In this document: positions 46,494-54,999 of the stretch, one piece after another
Position numbering within the stretch: position 1 is the first letter of the stretch
Layout of the letters: each line of letters opens with the position of its first letter
From: Planctomycetota bacterium
GTDB taxonomy: Bacteria > Planctomycetota > UBA1135 > UBA2386
Reading direction: 5' to 3'
DNA length: 64,000 nucleotides
NCBI GenBank assembly: GCA_947501605.1
Contig: CANMWZ010000015.1
Coordinates: 33,953 to 97,952, forward strand
Made by a program: the position numbers and the translations under genes
The notes under the pieces: model-generated
What the model was told of the DNA's origin: nothing
Seen by the model: only the letters and a program-made list of their open reading frames with translations
Database searches by the model: none

Positions 46494-47923
46494 ACGCGGA
46501 TCTCGTCGCCCGCGATGGCAACCGCGGAACGAAGCCTGGGCTCCAGTTCGTCGCGCACGAAGGCATCGACTTGCTGCGGTGATCGGCCAATAAAGCGCGA
46601 GGCATCAAGCAAGCTTGGCAACTGCGTTCGGATGCTCGCGAACGCGGGGTCGGCAGCCACTAGTTCTAACAGCGGGTTGGCTTTCCCCTCGGACTTGACC
46701 GCATGAGCCGCCGCACGGCTATGTACACGGATGCGTTCGTGAAGGTCCTGTCGATCACCGCCGGCGCGCACGCCAGCCATCAAGATCTCCTCGGTCGCGA
46801 GAAACGGCAACTGCTCGCGGAGCTTCTTCTCGATGACCTTGGGGAACACGACGAGCCCTTGGCTGACGTTCTGCACGAGGGACAAGATGCCGTCGATGCA
46901 TAGGAAACTCTCCGGCAACGCGATCCGGCGAATCGCCGAGTCGTCGAGCGTGCGCTCGAGCCACTGCGTGCTGGCCGTGTGCGCGCTGGTGTTGGCAGCC
47001 TCAATCACGTAGCGAGCAAGCGAGCATACGCGCTCGCTGCGCATCGGATTTTTCTTGTAGGCCATCGCCGAACTGCCGACCTGCTTCGACTCGCTGGGCT
47101 CCTCGATCTCGCCTTCGTGCGACAACAGTCGCAGGTCAGTCGCGAACTTGCTCGCCGACTGCGCCACAGCGCTCAGGGACTGGTGGATGGTCCAGTCAAG
47201 CTTGCGAGTGTAGGTCTGGCCGCTGACTGGAATCGAGCGAGCAAAGCCCATCGCGCGAGTGACCCGACGGTCAAGTTCCTCGACCTTCTGGTGGTCGCCG
47301 TCGGCGAGAGCCAAGAAGGTCGCCTGCGTACCAGTTGTCCCTTTGACGCCACGAAACGGCAGCCAAGCAATGATGCGACGCACTTCGTCGAGGTCGAGCA
47401 TGAAGTCCTGCGCCCAGAGACACGCTCGCTTGCCGACGGTGACTGGCTGCGCAACCTGGAAGTGGGTGTAGCCGAGACATGGGAGATCGCGGTAGCGCAC
47501 GGCGAAGTCTCGCAGCGCCGCCAGCGCCGCACAAAGCCGCCGCTCGACCAATTCGAGCGCCTTGCGATAGACGATCAGGTCGGCATTGTCTGTGACGAAG
47601 CAGCTCGTGGCACCGAGGTGAATGATGGGCTTAGCCTTCGGTGCGAGTTCGCCATAGTGATGCACGTGAGCCATCACGTCGTGACGCAACTCCTTCTCCA
47701 ACTCGGCGACACGATCCCAGTCGAAGGTGTCGCGGTGATGCCGCAACTCCGCGACCTGTTCTTGCGTGACAGGAAAACCGAGTTCGCTCTCGGTCTGTGC
47801 GAGCGCGATCCAGAGGTCGCGCCAAGTCCCATGCCGCATTCGCGGCGAGAAGAGGCCAGCCATGTCCTTGCTGGCGTAGCGCTCGATCAGCGGGTGGTCG
47901 AAGCGGTCACCGCGGTCGGTCAT
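46490..47923 (-). CDS. purB: Adenylosuccinate lyase
   Basis: RHDVMAH, GATSCFVTDN, THFQ, GSSAMAYKKNPMRSE signature. Confidence 0.95.
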   Translation of the reverse strand: MTDRGDRFDHPLIERYASKDMAGLFSPRMRHGTWRDLWIALAQTESELGFPVTQEQVAELRHHRDTFDWDRVAELEKELRHDVMAHVHHYGELAPKAKPIIHLGATSCFVTDNADLIVYRKALELVERRLCAALAALRDFAVRYRDLPCLGYTHFQVAQPVTVGKRACLWAQDFMLDLDEVRRIIAWLPFRGVKGTTGTQATFLALADGDHQKVEELDRRVTRAMGFARSIPVSGQTYTRKLDWTIHQSLSAVAQSASKFATDLRLLSHEGEIEEPSESKQVGSSAMAYKKNPMRSERVCSLARYVIEAANTSAHTASTQWLERTLDDSAIRRIALPESFLCIDGILSLVQNVSQGLVVFPKVIEKKLREQLPFLATEEILMAGVRAGGDRQDLHERIRVHSRAAAHAVKSEGKANPLLELVAADPAFASIRTQLPSLLDASRFIGRSPQQVDAFVRDELEPRLRSAVAIAGDEIRV

Positions 47924-48027
47924 GGGCTCCTGAATAGCGAAGGCGCGAAGCCGGCGCCACGAACGACTGCGGGCGCCTGCACGGCGCCCGCTCCATTGTT
48001 CCTCCTCTCCCGCGCGAACCACGACGA

Positions 48028-48417
48028 TCAGCAGCGTACCCACACCCGCCGATGCCTGCTCTCGTAACGTCCTGGCACCCACACTCGCTGGCACCGCTCG
48101 GGCTCGACAACCCCCCAGTGGCGATGCCCACAGGGGTCGCAAAGCCAGCCGTAACGAGCCGGCTCGTGCTCCTCGCGCCAGTAGCCTTCCACCCAGACCT
48201 GCTCGCAGACAGTCTCCCAGCGACCGCGACGGGGAGTCCGCTCGTCGCAGCGATCGCGGGCCCGGTCGCCATTGCCGCGGACCACCGGCGCGCAGTGCGC
48301 ACCGAACTGCAGCCCCCCCTGAACCCGGCGCTGGAGACTTGCCTCGATTCGAAACTGCGCCGGCGCCACGGCAGCGAGTCCCAGAAGGAACATGACCAAC
48401 TTGCTTGCGTGAACCAT
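48028..48417 (-). CDS. Small secreted YXWGXW-repeat-like protein
   Basis: Signal peptide; VWVEGYW and VWVPGRY repeats. Confidence 0.6.
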   Translation of the reverse strand: MVHASKLVMFLLGLAAVAPAQFRIEASLQRRVQGGLQFGAHCAPVVRGNGDRARDRCDERTPRRGRWETVCEQVWVEGYWREEHEPARYGWLCDPCGHRHWGVVEPERCQRVWVPGRYESRHRRVWVRC

Positions 48418-48544
48418 GCCGAACTCAGCGAGATCGCTCGGATGGCCGTTGCTCAAGGACGCTTGGCGCGGCCCGAGATGCAATCTCGGCCACCTGATTG
48501 TCCAAACCGCAGGACAACCACCAATCCCGAACACCGAGCCCCAG

Positions 48545-49024
48545 TCACCAATCGGTGAACGTCGCCAGGGTGACGCAGCCGATGCCACCAACCAGCGCTG
48601 CCCAAGCAAGCCTCGCCCACCTGGGTTCGCCGCTCCGAATACTCTGGACCAGCAAGACCCCACAGAGCGCTCCGCAAAGATCTGAGCCGAAATCCGAGAG
48701 AGACTGTACTCGACCAGGAACGTAACCCTGGTGCAGCTCGTCGACAGCTCCGTAGACAGAGGCCATCAAGATGGCGACCCATCGCTGGCGGGGCAGCGAA
48801 GCTCTAGTGCCAGTTTGCGCCAGCAAGGCCATGGCACCCAAGGCCGCATAGGCCACGACGTGCGCCGCGTTGTGCAACATGGCACCAGCGTTTGTGGCAG
48901 CCGACACAAGTGGAGTGCGCGACGACAGGAACCACAGCAGTCCCATTTCGGCGAAGACGCCACTCCAGCGAACTCTCGAGGGCAACCTCGCCCATATCCT
49001 CAAGAATGACCCCAACAGTCGCAC
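48545..49024 (-). CDS. VanZ family protein
   Basis: AHVVAYAALG, YGAVDELHQGYVPGR..SLSDFGSD. Confidence 0.85.
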   Translation of the reverse strand: MRLLGSFLRIWARLPSRVRWSGVFAEMGLLWFLSSRTPLVSAATNAGAMLHNAAHVVAYAALGAMALLAQTGTRASLPRQRWVAILMASVYGAVDELHQGYVPGRVQSLSDFGSDLCGALCGVLLVQSIRSGEPRWARLAWAALVGGIGCVTLATFTDW

Positions 49025-49027
49025 GGC

Positions 49028-49462
49028 TCAGCCTGGCGCCAGCCGACCGATCAACTGAAGGCCCCCGCCTGGTGCGATCGCAACCCGCACCTCCTCCATG
49101 TAGATTGCGATGAGGAACAGCCCGCGCCCACGTTCGCTCTCGAGCGACGGCATGCCATTGCCAGCAGCCGCGAGGGCGGCAGCAAGCCCTTGCACATGTT
49201 GATCGGGCATCTCCGGATCGATGAACTCAACGCAGACACGGCCGCGGTCCATCGCGACTCCCACGCTCAAATCAGCACCAAGGCGGCGGTACGACGCGCC
49301 GTGTTCGATCGCGTTGTTGACCAACTCATCGACCACCAGCGCAACAATGTCGCACATCGCTTCCGGCGCACCGAGTCGTTCCGCCATCTCCCGCGAGCCT
49401 CGACGAATGGAGCGCAACGCGCCCGCGTCGGGCTTGAACCTCAGCGGTCCATCGGAGGTCAT
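49028..49462 (-). CDS. HATPase-like ATP-binding protein (RsbW/anti-sigma type)
   Basis: VDELVNNAIEHG, ESERGRGLFLI; ATGA overlap with nadC. Confidence 0.82.
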   Translation of the reverse strand: MTSDGPLRFKPDAGALRSIRRGSREMAERLGAPEAMCDIVALVVDELVNNAIEHGASYRRLGADLSVGVAMDRGRVCVEFIDPEMPDQHVQGLAAALAAAGNGMPSLESERGRGLFLIAIYMEEVRVAIAPGGGLQLIGRLAPG

Positions 49463-50346
49463 CGGCGCTCCTCGACCAGCATAGACAGGTCGAGTGCTGG
49501 CGCAGAATGAGTAAGCGCTCCGATCGAGATGCGATCGACACCACACACGGCAAACGCACGAACGTTCTCGATTCGAATCCCCCCGGAGGCCTCGACTTCG
49601 ATGGGCACGCCCATCGCTGTAGCAGCTGCACGAACGGCGCGCACGGCGGCCTGCAACCCTGGGCCGGCGGCGAAGTTGTCGAGTAGGACGACGCTGGCAC
49701 CACCCCGGACCGCTTCGACGGCCTCTTCCTGCGTCTGCGCCTCGGCAACGACAGGCGCAGACTGTCCCGCGACGCATCGGCGGACGACGTCGGAGTAGGT
49801 TAGCGGCCTTGCACAGGCAAAGTGGTTCTCCTTCAACAGCACCTGATCGAAGAGGCCAATGCGGTGGTTCTTGCCGCCGCCCGCGAGCACCGCGCGCTTC
49901 TCCAGCGCGCGCAGGCCAGGGGTCGTCTTGCGCGTATCCAAGATCTTCGTGTCGGTGCCCGCTACCGCTGCGACAAAGTTCGCGGTCAATGTCGCGATGC
50001 CCGAGAGCCGTTGCAAGAAGTTGAGCGCGGTGCGCTCCGAAGCTAGGAGTGCCCGCATGCGGCCCGACACCTTGAGCACCAGATCGCCAGGAGCAACGGC
50101 GTCGCCATGGTCTCGTTCGATGACGACAACGCACTGCGGATCAAGCGCTCGGAATGCTGCTACCGCGCAGTCGAGACCCGAGAGCACACCCGACGCCTTT
50201 GCAGTGACGCGAGCTTCGCCGCGGAGCCCGGCAGAAACGGACAAGCGACTCGTGACGTCGGCGTCGGCGTCGAGTTCGAATGTTCCCAGGTCCTCGACCA
50301 GCGCGCGTCGCACGCACTCGTCCAAGGTCACCAGTTCGCGGTCCAT
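49459..50346 (-). CDS. nadC: Nicotinate-nucleotide diphosphorylase (carboxylating)
   Basis: ERTALNFLQRLSGIAT, DTRKTTPGLR, LLDNF, EASGGI, ISIGALTHSA. Confidence 0.95.
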   Translation of the reverse strand: MDRELVTLDECVRRALVEDLGTFELDADADVTSRLSVSAGLRGEARVTAKASGVLSGLDCAVAAFRALDPQCVVVIERDHGDAVAPGDLVLKVSGRMRALLASERTALNFLQRLSGIATLTANFVAAVAGTDTKILDTRKTTPGLRALEKRAVLAGGGKNHRIGLFDQVLLKENHFACARPLTYSDVVRRCVAGQSAPVVAEAQTQEEAVEAVRGGASVVLLDNFAAGPGLQAAVRAVRAAATAMGVPIEVEASGGIRIENVRAFAVCGVDRISIGALTHSAPALDLSMLVEERR

Positions 50347-50398
50347 CGGCGCGCAGGCTACACCAAACCAAGGTCAGCCGCAGCGCTGGAGTCGCGCC

Positions 50399-50887
50399 CT
50401 AGCGACGGCTGTCGATCGGCAGCGCGACCGCGTAAGGCCGGAGCTCGGCCACCGTGTCGGAGCCAATACCGTCGACCGCGGCGATTTGGTCGACGGATGC
50501 GAATGGACCATGCCGGAGCCGGAACAGTACGATGCTCCGGGCCCGCGATGGCCCAATGCCTGGCAAGGCCGTCAGTTCGCCCAGGCTCGCGTGGTTGACA
50601 TCGATCGTGATTGGTTCAGCAGCCTGCAGGCCTCGATCGTGCGCGCGCGGCAACAGCATCCCCCAAGCAAACGCGCGCACGAGCAGCACCAAGGTCAAGG
50701 CCGCCCAACATCGGAGCAGCAACCGGCGGCGCGACCAAGGAAGGTTGGCGCCAGCTACCGGTTCAGCAGTTGGCGGAGGAACCGGCGTTCGACGCCCTCC
50801 CCCTGGCTCGGCAGGCCGGCCGTCAGCGGCCCCGCGGCCAGCTCCAAGCCGTTCAGGATCGAACAGATCGCCATCGCTTCGTTGCAT
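50399..50887 (-). CDS. ComEA-like helix-hairpin-helix DNA-binding protein (true start probably later, ~50722)
   Basis: TM helix, then IDVNHASLGELTALPGIGPSRARSIV...VDGIG. Confidence 0.82.
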   Translation of the reverse strand: MQRSDGDLFDPERLGAGRGAADGRPAEPGGGRRTPVPPPTAEPVAGANLPWSRRRLLLRCWAALTLVLLVRAFAWGMLLPRAHDRGLQAAEPITIDVNHASLGELTALPGIGPSRARSIVLFRLRHGPFASVDQIAAVDGIGSDTVAELRPYAVALPIDSRR

Positions 50888-51666
50888 TCCGGATGACTGA
50901 CGATCAACGGGGGCTGGCCAAGACGGCGATGTGAAACTGCAGGGTTCTCGGTGACCTCACCAAGGTAGTGCAAGGAACGCCCGATGAAGCGGCGCGTCAC
51001 CGCCGCCAGACGGTCGAAGGTTGGCCGCCCCTGACCGGCCTCGATCACCCGATTGACGACCAAGTGCACATCGGGGCACCGTTCGTGGCGAGACAGGCAT
51101 TTCACCAGCGCGTAGGCATCGGTCAGCGCCGCAATCTCTGGGTTGGTCACCAGCAGTAACAGCTCCGCCCCGAGGATGGTCAACAGCGACTGCGTCGAGA
51201 TGCCAGCGCCACAGTCGAGCAGTACCACGTCGTGGTCTCGGGCGATGGCACCGAGGCTTCGCGCCAACTGCACAAACTGGCTCTCCCCGAACTCTGCGAG
51301 ACTGCTGATGCCCGAACCGCCGGCGACCAGATCGGGGCCGTAGGGGGTCGACATCATGACCTCGGACAATGCCGTCATCCCCGTCAGCAGGTGGTGCAGC
51401 GAGTAACGCGGATTGACGCCGAAGAGGAGGTGCGCGTTTCCGAGTCCAAAGTCGCAATCGACCACGGCAACACGACGCCCTGACCGATGCAGCGCGACCG
51501 CGAGGTTGGTCACCAGGAACGACTTGCCTGTGCCGCCCTTCCCGCTTGCCACCGCCACGACGCGAGCTTCCGATCGCTCAATGGGCGACGCCACCGGCCG
51601 ACGGTGCAGCAATCGCTGCACGAGGCGGCGTCCGATCGATTCGAAGGGCTCGAGTTCGTGGTCCAT
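50755..51666 (-). CDS. MinD/FlhG-family ATPase
   Basis: SGKGGTGKS deviant Walker A, DCDFGLGN, LLDCGAG, PEIAALTDAYALVK. Confidence 0.88.
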   Translation of the reverse strand: MDHELEPFESIGRRLVQRLLHRRPVASPIERSEARVVAVASGKGGTGKSFLVTNLAVALHRSGRRVAVVDCDFGLGNAHLLFGVNPRYSLHHLLTGMTALSEVMMSTPYGPDLVAGGSGISSLAEFGESQFVQLARSLGAIARDHDVVLLDCGAGISTQSLLTILGAELLLLVTNPEIAALTDAYALVKCLSRHERCPDVHLVVNRVIEAGQGRPTFDRLAAVTRRFIGRSLHYLGEVTENPAVSHRRLGQPPLIVSHPECNEAMAICSILNGLELAAGPLTAGLPSQGEGVERRFLRQLLNR

Positions 51667-51699
51667 CAGAGGCGCGACTCGCTGCCGCCCGATCAGGCG

Positions 51700-52650
51700 T
51701 CAGCTGTCGCCTGCCCGCTCCTCCTCATCGCGGTCGAGTGTGACTTCGTGCAGGGCCTCGCGCTCCTCTCGAGTCAGCCGAGCGGCGCGGAGACTCGCCC
51801 GTACAGCCTCGAGGCCATCGCTGGCCTGCTGCGGCTCGTCCTCGGTGTCGGCCACCGATGCGCCATTGCTCTTGCCCTCGTCGGCTCGCACGCCCTGAAG
51901 ATCCAGGTAGCGCCGCGCCAGCTGATCGACCACGGCTCTCACATCCGCCGGCTTGTCGACGCGCTGCGTCGTGCCCCCTGCCACGAGGGCCTGAACTGCA
52001 TCATCGCTGAACCAGCACTCCCCCAGCATGTGCCCCTCGAACGAGGCACGCCGCGAGAAGCGATCGCCCTCGACCAGGATCTTGGCGTCAAGTCGGCCGA
52101 CCATCTGCTGGAACGCCGTAAGATGCTCCCGCGCAGCCGCCGAAACACCGCCGTCGATGGCCGATCCGCCGGCGCTGCGACCATGAACGGCATGGACGAC
52201 GACTCGCTCTTGACCGCCGGAGCGCTCATGCGCACCCAGTCGGAACGTGTCGACCTCGACAATCTCGAGTGCGCCCAGCTGCAGTTGCACTAGGGCTTGC
52301 ACCGTTTCCTCGCGAAGTCGCGAGCCGATGATCAACACTCGGCAGCGCGCGGCCTCGCGCAGATCAGCCTCAGGCAGCGCCCGAGCCATGCCATCAGCGT
52401 TTCGGACCCAGAAGGCGTATGCCGCGAGCACGCGTGCTGGCAGGGTTGTTTCGCGGTCGTCCGTGGTGAACACGAGCACCGGCGCACCACCAGCATCCCG
52501 CATCAGGCCATCGACCGGTGCGAGTTCGCCGGTGCCCAACTCGACCTGCTCGGCGACCAGCCGGAGACCGCGCTCAAACAGTGCCGTTCGCTGCTTGAGC
52601 AGCCGCCACAAACCGTCTCGCAACAACGGCAACACAGGTCCACGGATCAT
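51700..52650 (-). CDS. Hypothetical protein with degenerate NucS/PD-(D/E)xK-like N-terminal domain
   Basis: ERGLRLVAEQV...VDGLMRDAGGAPVLV resembles the NucS fold but lacks ExK; GGAGG SD upstream. Confidence 0.55.
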   Translation of the reverse strand: MIRGPVLPLLRDGLWRLLKQRTALFERGLRLVAEQVELGTGELAPVDGLMRDAGGAPVLVFTTDDRETTLPARVLAAYAFWVRNADGMARALPEADLREAARCRVLIIGSRLREETVQALVQLQLGALEIVEVDTFRLGAHERSGGQERVVVHAVHGRSAGGSAIDGGVSAAAREHLTAFQQMVGRLDAKILVEGDRFSRRASFEGHMLGECWFSDDAVQALVAGGTTQRVDKPADVRAVVDQLARRYLDLQGVRADEGKSNGASVADTEDEPQQASDGLEAVRASLRAARLTREEREALHEVTLDRDEEERAGDS

Positions 52651-53103
52651 CTACATCCCTCCGATGGCGCTACCACACACTGCGGCTGCCGCACTGCAAC
52701 TCGCACGCACGATTGCGAGCCTCGTCGGCACCGCCATCGAAACGGAACGAGATCGACCTCTGTTTGCAGGTCTGTCGGCTGTATTGACCTGCCGAGAACG
52801 GGTGCTGTGGCTCACCGCCTGAGCCACTCGCTGCAACCGACCTCGGAGATCTGGAGCCTGCCGACAGGGCGAGATTGCACGTGCGGCGCCGGCAAAAAGC
52901 AAGAGCACAGGGAGCCTCGCCGCTTCGAAGTTTGCACGCTGGCACCATGTCCAAAAGCGGCGCCGTCGCCGAGCGCCCGGCGCACGAGTCGAGATCCCGG
53001 ACTGCCGACGACACCGAATCCCGTGATTCGACTGCGTTGCCGCGACGCCGAGTCGTCAAGGGTGCCTAGCGCAGAGGCCGTCAACGAGGCGCAGAAGCCA
53101 CCG

Positions 53104-53763
53104 TCAGCGGCGTCGATCGCCCCGAGGACGATCCTCCCCCAGTTCGCCCGCGAGCAGCGGATTGACCGCGATCTGCAGCAGTGGCGACCGACGCTCTTCG
53201 ACGCGCGTCAGTGCCGCCGCGAGTGCGTCCGACGCGTCTCGAGGCAGCGATCCGAGCGAGGGTGTCATGCTGGACGTAGCGGGACCCAACTGCCGCAGCA
53301 CCATGTCGGCGACGACGTCCTTGGTCGCATCGCCACGACCCGTGACGCAGCGCTTGATGCGCGCGGGCGCGTACTCGTGGATACCCAGCCCGGCCCGCGA
53401 TGCTTCCGCCAGAACCACCCCGCGGGCCTCGCCAATGCGCAGAGCCGACTGCACGCTCTTGCCGCAAAACGCTTCCTCGAGCGCCAATTCATGCGGCTGC
53501 AGCCGATGAACCAGTTCTCGAAACTGATCTGCCAGGGCTCGGAGGCGCTCCGGCACAGTGTGCGCACGTCCGCCCAGACGCAGAACGCCGCAGTCAACAG
53601 GCCGCAAGCCAGTACCGCCGCCAGCGCGCACGACGTTACTGGCTCTCAGGGCGAGCGGCCTGGCGCCCCCGACTTCGCGCGCCGCCTCGACCTGCAGCTC
53701 GAGACAGCCGAATCCGACTACCTGCGTGCCAGGGTCGATACCCAAGATCCGGATCACCGCCAC
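53104..53763 (-). CDS. ruvC: Crossover junction endodeoxyribonuclease RuvC
   Basis: ILGIDPG, LALEEAF, GEARGV, KRCVTGRGDATK, DASDALAAA. Confidence 0.9.
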   Translation of the reverse strand: MAVIRILGIDPGTQVVGFGCLELQVEAAREVGGARPLALRASNVVRAGGGTGLRPVDCGVLRLGGRAHTVPERLRALADQFRELVHRLQPHELALEEAFCGKSVQSALRIGEARGVVLAEASRAGLGIHEYAPARIKRCVTGRGDATKDVVADMVLRQLGPATSSMTPSLGSLPRDASDALAAALTRVEERRSPLLQIAVNPLLAGELGEDRPRGDRRR

Positions 53764-53800
53764 GGCGGCATGGTAGCGAGCGTCGACCGCACGCCGTAGC

Positions 53801-54511
53801 GTGCACTGCGTGAAGGTCGCACTCTTGCTGTTGGCCGCCGGCCGCGGCACGCGTTTCGGTGGCGAGGTCCCGAAAGCGTTCCTGTCGCTTGGCGGCAAGA
53901 CTCTGCTCCTGCGCTCTGCCGAACGACTGCGCCAGCTCTGTCCAATGGACCAGGGCGAACTGATCGTGTTGGTCTCGGCGCAGGACCGAGCGACGCATCT
54001 GCGGCCGCTGACGGAACCGCTAGCCGCGCTTGGCGCGCATTTCGTCGACGGTGGCGACACACGCCAGCAGTCGATGCAGAACGGCCTCGCGGCCGCGAGC
54101 AAAGACTGCGAACTCGTGCTGATCCACGATGCGGCCCGTCCGTTGTTTCCAATCGCGGCCGCGCGCGAGTGCCTCCGCCGTGCCGCCGAAGTCGGCGCGG
54201 CCCTGCTGGCGATCCCCTCGCCGGACACGTTGAAACGCGTGAACGCGCACGGGCTCGTCGAAGCGACCATCGACCGAACCGGCGTGTTCTGCGCCCAGAC
54301 GCCACAGGTGCTCCGCCGCGACATCCTCGTGGAGGCCCTCGACCACGCGCGCGCAGTCAACTTCGAGGCAACCGACGACGTCTCGCTGGCGGAAGCAATC
54401 GGCTGCCGCGTGGCGGTCGTTACTGGCTCACCGCAGAACCTCAAGATCACGCAGAAGGCAGACCTCGCGATTGCCGAGGCCCTCTTGCGCAACTTCGACC
54501 CGTACTCATGA
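53801..54511 (+). CDS. ispD: 2-C-methyl-D-erythritol 4-phosphate cytidylyltransferase
   Basis: AAGRGTRFG..PKAF, GGDTRQQS, IHDAARP, AQTPQ, TDD, NLKIT. Confidence 0.93.
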   Translation: MHCVKVALLLLAAGRGTRFGGEVPKAFLSLGGKTLLLRSAERLRQLCPMDQGELIVLVSAQDRATHLRPLTEPLAALGAHFVDGGDTRQQSMQNGLAAASKDCELVLIHDAARPLFPIAAARECLRRAAEVGAALLAIPSPDTLKRVNAHGLVEATIDRTGVFCAQTPQVLRRDILVEALDHARAVNFEATDDVSLAEAIGCRVAVVTGSPQNLKITQKADLAIAEALLRNFDPYS

Positions 54512-54984
54512 CCGACCTTCGCATCGGCCTCGGCATCGACCTTCACCGCCTCGAACCCGGCAGACCATGCGTGCTCGCCGGTGTCCTCATTGACTGCGAA
54601 CGAGGCCCACAGGCAGTGAGCGACGGCGACGTCGTACTGCATGCGGCGGTCGACGCGGTACTTGGCGCCGCCGGACTCGATGATCTGGGCACCCTGTTCC
54701 CTGAGAACGACCCGAAGAACCGCGGGCGTGATTCCGCCGAGTTCTGCGCGCGCGCGATGGAGTTGGTGCGCGAAAAGGGCCTGTCGGTGCGTTCCATCGA
54801 CGTGGTCGTGGAGACTGAATTGCCGCGGTTGAAGCCGCATCGCGCGGCGATGCGCGCTCGCCTAGCCCAGTTGTTCGCCGTCGATCCGGATCGCGTCAAC
54901 CTGAAAGGCAAGTCAGCGGAAGGCCTCGACGCTATCGGCAACCAGCTGGCCATCCGGGCCACCGTCGTGGCGCTGCTCGGCTGA
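54508..54984 (+). CDS. ispF: 2-C-methyl-D-erythritol 2,4-cyclodiphosphate synthase
   Basis: RIGLGIDLH, SDGDVVLHA..DA.LGA, DLGTLFP; ATGA overlap with ispD. Confidence 0.92.
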   Translation: MTDLRIGLGIDLHRLEPGRPCVLAGVLIDCERGPQAVSDGDVVLHAAVDAVLGAAGLDDLGTLFPENDPKNRGRDSAEFCARAMELVREKGLSVRSIDVVVETELPRLKPHRAAMRARLAQLFAVDPDRVNLKGKSAEGLDAIGNQLAIRATVVALLG

Positions 54985-54999
54985 CGGGCGCGATCGAGC

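Noticed and set aside
46490..47923. purB as part of a fosfazinomycin-like N-N pathway
   Set aside because: It lies 18 kb from the phosphonate genes in a housekeeping context, and no other hydrazine-pathway genes are present
53764..54840. Long N-terminal extension of RuvC in the ORF track
   Set aside because: It overlaps ispD/ispF antisense; RuvC homology begins at about 53763
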